In this document: positions 58,600 through 64,000 of the stretch, one piece after another | Layout of the letters: the number at the start of each line of letters is the position of its first letter | How positions within the stretch are numbered: position 1 is the first letter of the stretch | Assembly (NCBI GenBank): GCA_951406725.2 | Contig: OX597824.1 | Location: 61,442,001-61,506,000, forward strand | Length of the DNA: 64,000 nt | Direction: 5' to 3' | DNA from: Octopus vulgaris | Lineage: Eukaryota | Translations under genes and position numbers: made by a program | Notes under the pieces: model-generated | The model's database searches: none | Told to the model about the DNA's origin: nothing | The model's input: only the letters and a program-made list of their open reading frames with translations

Positions 58600-59650
58600 C
58601 ATTTTATATTATCTGGGTAATAGCCTTATAGCATGCTGTCCAAAGTCCCTCTCGCGTATCGGCTGCCAGATGCCATTATACAGTAATACTTCTCCTTTTA
58701 TTACATATCCTTAAGTATCTGTCGAATACCGCAAACATCCATAGAGCATATACAAAATAATTTTGATACGAGAAGATGGAATGGACAGCATTTATTACAA
58801 ATAGCTACAGTTGTTTCAGCGCATCATTATTAGCTGGTAAATTGTTGAATATTATATATATAAATTATACACAATATTGAATCAACAATAGTAGTATTCA
58901 TGCATGTCTCAATGAGTGTAGTCCAAAGCACTGTTAGATTATCCTCAGGTTCTCTTTATCTTATACCTACACCATTATTTTTATCATTTCATTGACAAAA
59001 AACACAGAAATAAAAATATAAACAAATGAGAAAAATAAAGAATATTGGAAGTAACCTGTGACATTTAATATACCGTTCCACTAATTTGGAAGAAACCTGT
59101 GATATTTAATATAACATCAATAATTTTAACTGTAGACTTAAAAGGTCGTTGTTGGAATTTGGAAGAAACCTGTGATATTTAATACTATATCAATAATTTA
59201 TTTACTTATATATGTATTTATTGGAGGTGTTTTATTATCATAATTCGTATGTTTATATTTTTATCTATCTAAATTATGTAATTTCGAAATAATTTGTATA
59301 TGTGTCGAGTTGCTTAGTAAAAAGTGACACTGCTATAGGACAGATTTTACCATAACGTACTGATGTATATGTTCTTGCAAGGTCTAGTTGTAGAAAGAAT
59401 ATTGCATGCATTTTCATATTAACATTAGTATACGTGAATAAACATATCACGTTGTATGGAGCTAAGTTAGTCGGAACGAATAAGGTTAATAAGGTTACCC
59501 TGTAACTTCATATTTCTGTTTGAGCGTAAACTAAAAATTCTAAATGAAGTGATATTAATAAAGAAAAAGTATCAATGTATGAATGTGTTTGGATGTAAGC
59601 GAACACGTCTATTTAACCAATGCGATCGAAGATAGAAAATACAAGTAATC

Positions 59651-60117
59651 GGTGTATATGCTCATTTGCAGAGTTATTGGTCTTTCATCAGCACCAGTGG
59701 GTATTTAAGCAATGTGATAGATGATGCATTGGATGTAGTTCTGATGAAATGGCAATAAGTCTTGAAATATGCACATACTCCCATTACGTACCTTTTCTAT
59801 CTCTGATCGCATTGCTTACATTGATGAAAATCTAAAAGTGAGAATAGTGCACTGCTAACAGAAGTTAATACAAAATACTGACTTGTAAACCTGTAATTTA
59901 CTTAGGAGTATAGTTGTAAAGCGAAATACTGTATCTTTGCCAATAAGTGATATGTACGTACCAGTTGTCATGAATGCGTTTAATATGTACATTTGTCTAT
60001 TCAGGTATATTGCTCCGCTAAAATGTGTGGATATTCCAGCAATACGTTTGAGGATAGACGTTGGGTCGAATGTAGTGCTGATGAAAAAGCAATAACTCTT
60101 GAAATATGAATATACAC
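59651..60117. ncRNA. Three related hammerhead-like motifs (59651-59695 -, 59737-59780 +, 60075-60117 +)
   Basis: Consensus GTG-CTGATGA-AAGAG(CAATAA)CTCTT-GAAAT-ATGCAT-ATA-CAC. Each copy carries different substitutions. Confidence 0.65.
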
Positions 60118-60692
60118 CCATCACTTGCATTTCTACTTATTGTCGCTTGCATCACTTACATGTCGTAGGCTGCAGTGCTGGCTCTGAATTCTATATGAAA
60201 TCTATAGAGATAAATTTCACATACATACACACACATACACACACATACACACACATACACACATAAATATGCATATACATACACACACACATGTATATAT
60301 GTATATACTGAGTGAGTAGACAAACGAAATAAAGGCACTCAGCGCACGTATTGGGAATTTACATGCATGGATCAAAACAATTTGATTTAAACTTCTTGGT
60401 ACACCGAGTTTCAAGCGTGTCGCTAGTATTCGTCCGGCGAGTCTGAATGAGAGTTCGATTGAAGAGAGTTAACTTTTACTACTGGACGATAATCTGCGAT
60501 TGGTCGAGAAAGGTTACATGGTGTGGCAGTTTGATGTTGGTATTACAACGACAACAATTACTTGGAGAATACCGCATGGTGAAGAGGAAATCGACCGCGT
60601 GATAGACAGGAAGGGTAAGTTGCCATGATAGATCGGTAGCTACTACACACATTTTTTCTCTCCTTGTTTCTCTCCTTGTTTCTCTCCTTGTC

Positions 60693-60730
60693 CCTTTCTG
60701 TAGAAGAGCGTAGGCTCGAAATGTAAAAGG
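60693..60730 (+). ncRNA. Decayed minimal hammerhead-like motif (extra A before helix II)
   Basis: CCTTT-CTGTAGA-A-GAGC(GTAG)GCTC-GAAAT-GTA-AAAGG, with a perfect 5-bp helix I. Confidence 0.55.
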
Positions 60731-61404
60731 TTTTTTCTATTCCTGAGCGTTATACTAATACATCTGTTTGTTTTATACACCACCTGTCTTCGTCGTTTGT
60801 TTTTTTCGTGAACTCTCCCCTCTATATGTCGATATGTGTACATGTACATGCCCATATATCTGCGTATATGCATCTATACATATACGAGTCTGTATCTGTG
60901 CGTAGATGTACATCCACACATCCACGCGCACGCACACGCACACGCACATGAATACAGACGCGCACGCATGTGCGCAACATTTACACACACGCGCACACAC
61001 ATGCACTCACACACACAGGCGCGCACACACACTGACACACGCTTTCACACATTTATTTTCATGTACATATGCATACGAGCACAAGCCCACACAAATGTGT
61101 GTACGTGTACATACATGAACACGTACGAGTACACATGTATATGGGACGCAAGTGCGCATGTGCACACCAGTGTGCACATATCCATGCTTATGCCTACGGT
61201 GAGCAGATAAGATACGCGTACTCAGATGCGTGCGTAAGTGCACATATACTCGTGTGGTTATGCACAAAGGGTGAAAGTATGCGAGTAGACAGGCATGAAG
61301 ACGTGTTGGAGATTGGTGATTTGCGGTTCTGCTCATGGGGATTAGCTTATGACGGTGACCTTGGTGTAGGCAGCGCTGGAGGTAGCTGGTACTAAGGAGG
61401 TATA

Positions 61405-61815
61405 TCAGGGTTGCCGGCGGCCAGTGGCTTGAAATTTATCAGAAGAGTGTACTCTGGTAACAGCAGTAAGATACAGCATATTTCTTATCAATGGAAACTG
61501 TTGGTTGGTAGATGCACAACTCGCAATCAGGAGAGCCGGGTGAATATGGTGGCACTCTGTCCACAATAGTCTACTTGAAGCTGGGTGTTTCGTCTCGGTG
61601 GTCACGAAGTCTCCAGAGAAAGCCCGACAAGGAAGTGGAGTTCCCTCTGTCCCTGGATCTAAATGAATGCTAGTCCTGAGCGTATCTTCCCTCGAAGTCA
61701 TTGGCTGTCATTCTCGTACAGTGCCTAGTAATGCCATCGGATGGTGTAAGGGTGGCTCTGTATACTTTAGAGTGGCAGGATCCTTCTAAGGGGCAGGAAG
61801 TAGGGTTTCGGTGTA
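61405..61815 (-). pseudogene. Penelope-like GIY-YIG endonuclease fragment
   Basis: CPLEGSCHSKVYRATL..MTANDFEGRY, then STSLSGFLWRLRD..FK*TIVDRVPPYSPGSPDCELC. Confidence 0.8.
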
Positions 61816-63794
61816 TGCATAAATAAATGAATATGTAAATATAACTACACATACACAAATTTATATATGCATATTAATGTACATATTTATGTGCATATAT
61901 AAACCTATATGACTAAGTATTTCAAAGAAACAACATGGTAAAGTAAGAAAGCGTGTGCATTTAATTGAAAGTACTGGCAGTTGAGAACCTATTACACAAT
62001 TTCGACTTGACAAACTCACTCATATGGTATGGGTCTTGAGGGACTCTAGTAAACGCTTGCTTAAAATTCCATGCAGTAGTATGGAACACATATACTCATG
62101 ATTGTGATGTAAAAGTCTGAAACATTCTTAGCTGTATCTATTGATGGATGTTTAACCTTCATAGCAAACTTCAGTATGTTTCATTCTTGCGATCTTATGA
62201 ACTGAGTGTAAAACTATGTCACGTGCGAGAATATATAGAAATGAAGCTTTTGCAAATACATCGAAGCTTTTGGGAAGCTTTTGCATATATATAGAAGAGA
62301 GAGTGGGGTGAAAATAAAACCTGATGGATTGGAGAGAAACATAAAGATGAAAGAAAGGAAAGCATTTATAGACGTAGAGTTTTCGTTTTCTGTCTGTCTG
62401 TAAATTTCTGTCTAAATTGATTTGATGTGGAATATATGTATATGCTTATAGAAAGACAGACATGCAGCGAGAAGGAAAAGGAAAATAAACAGAGTAGTGT
62501 AAGCAGCGCAGCGGAAGAGAAGTACAAAAATACAGAGAGAAAGAGAGAGAGAAAAATTAAGAACGAGAACTTAGAAGAGAGAGAGAGAGAAAGAGAGATT
62601 AAGAGGGAGAACTTAGGAGAGAGAAAGAAATTAATTGAGAGAACTTAGGAGAGAGAGAGAATGATTAAGAGAAAGAGAGATAATGCGAGAGAAAGAGAGG
62701 GAGAGAGAGAAAGGAAGAGAAGAAAAAATTGCGTGGCTAATTAACAAACATTATAGTAAGGAAGAAACTGGTTATAATCAGACACTAATAGTTGGAAAGA
62801 ACCTATTTAAAACGAAATTTAATAGATTTAATGAATAAATAAATATATAAAGTGCATTAATATTTAAAATGTATTGAGAGTAAAATTGAAGCAATCCTTT
62901 GAAATCTTCAATAAAATACGAAAATGCAAACATTGAACGATGAATTAAAAAATTTGTCCATATATTAGGGCTATGTAAAGACAAAAAAGTATCCTAATGT
63001 TTAGATAATTGTTGGTAAGTGTGTCATTGATGATGGACTTTATAATATAAAAGAAAAGAAAGTTATTTCAAATATAATAAATGATAACTGGGTGAAATAT
63101 TTTGCAGCGTACAGATTTTTGAGAAAACTAAGATACGCTACATTAAATATAGAAAAATACGTAAGTAAATGAAAATAGAAGAAAAAAATATGAATGTATT
63201 TGTGTATCACTGGAAGTTTATGGTGGAGAGTAGGAAGATATGACGGGAAAATGAACTCAGAGCAATGGGTTAAAACTTTATAGTCGAAATAAACAGGAAA
63301 ATTGAATGGAATGGGATAATATAGGGAGTGAAAGAGAAATAGCAAAAACCAAAAAGGGGAGTGGTCAAAGAATACCACGCTATTTGTTAAAATGAAAGTT
63401 GAAAATGAATATGTAAGTAAGATATTAAAAATGACTAAGAAAAGAAGATATAATATTAAATGAAAATAAAGTTTAAACAGACAAAAAGTTAAATAGATAA
63501 AATTAAATTAAAACAAAATACATCAAATTAATGAAGAAGTTTGATTTAAGAAAAGGGTTATGTTGAAAGTGAAGAAAATTTAAATGTGAGAAATAACAGA
63601 GACAAGGAAACATTTAAGGTAACGACAAAAAGTGAAAATATTGGGGATTATACAGTATCAAGGTTCTAAGGTGAAAACACGCACTTAAATGTGAATTAGT
63701 GCTCATGAAAGGTAAATTTGATAAATTGTTAAAACCTTAAAAGATATACCTGGTAAAATATATGTAAGGGAGGAATAATATTTTAGCCAAATAT

Positions 63795-63882
63795 AAGGCA
63801 TTCCAGGCAGCTCGAAACATCAATGATGTATTTGGTAAAGATGTGACGAATAAGAGCACTGTACGTCGATGGTTTGAGAATA
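63795..63882 (+). pseudogene. Mariner transposase HTH remnant
   Basis: AFQAARNINDVFGKDVTNKSTVRRWFE. Confidence 0.65.
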
Positions 63883-64000
63883 TATGTAGTCAAATAATAT
63901 TTTAGTCAAATTTTCTCCAAGAGAATTGACCTTATTTTTATTGTCCAATATTGGTTCCCTCATCATTTCATCCAATTAGTTGATGTATAAAACTGCTGTA

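Noticed and set aside
59040-59200. Three spaced copies of ttggaagaaacctgtgatatttaata resembling a CRISPR array
   Set aside because: Eukaryotic context, uneven and mutually similar spacers, and no cas genes; it is a degenerate minisatellite.
60836-61395. Overlapping 100+ aa ORFs
   Set aside because: Degenerate alternating purine-pyrimidine low-complexity DNA adjoining a PLE fragment.

Overview
AT-rich, microsatellite-saturated, gene-poor metazoan DNA. The SINE families and repeat landscape look like an octopus (coleoid cephalopod) intron or intergenic region, which is an inference from pattern recognition only. No intact host protein-coding gene is supportable, and most listed ORFs are microsatellite read-throughs. 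Recognisable decayed transposable elements: two near-full mariners (4299-5584 -, 51458-52679 +) plus other mariner fragments, an internally deleted Ty3/Gypsy element with both LTRs (17048-20360), three Penelope-like (PLE) RT/GIY-YIG fragments, three RTE LINE 3' fragments, a cluster of R4/Dong-type RLE retrotransposons embedded in (TAA)n/(GAA)n tracts (42.3-48 kb), many tRNA-derived SINEs and probable Helitron ends. The most notable signal is about 20 type-I minimal hammerhead ribozyme (HHR) motifs from at least ten unrelated short repeat families. Many occur as head-to-head inverted pairs and have palindromic helix III. They include C3-G8, U3-A8 and A3-U8 core variants, and some have very long helix II. 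All structures were read by eye and ribozyme activity is untested.
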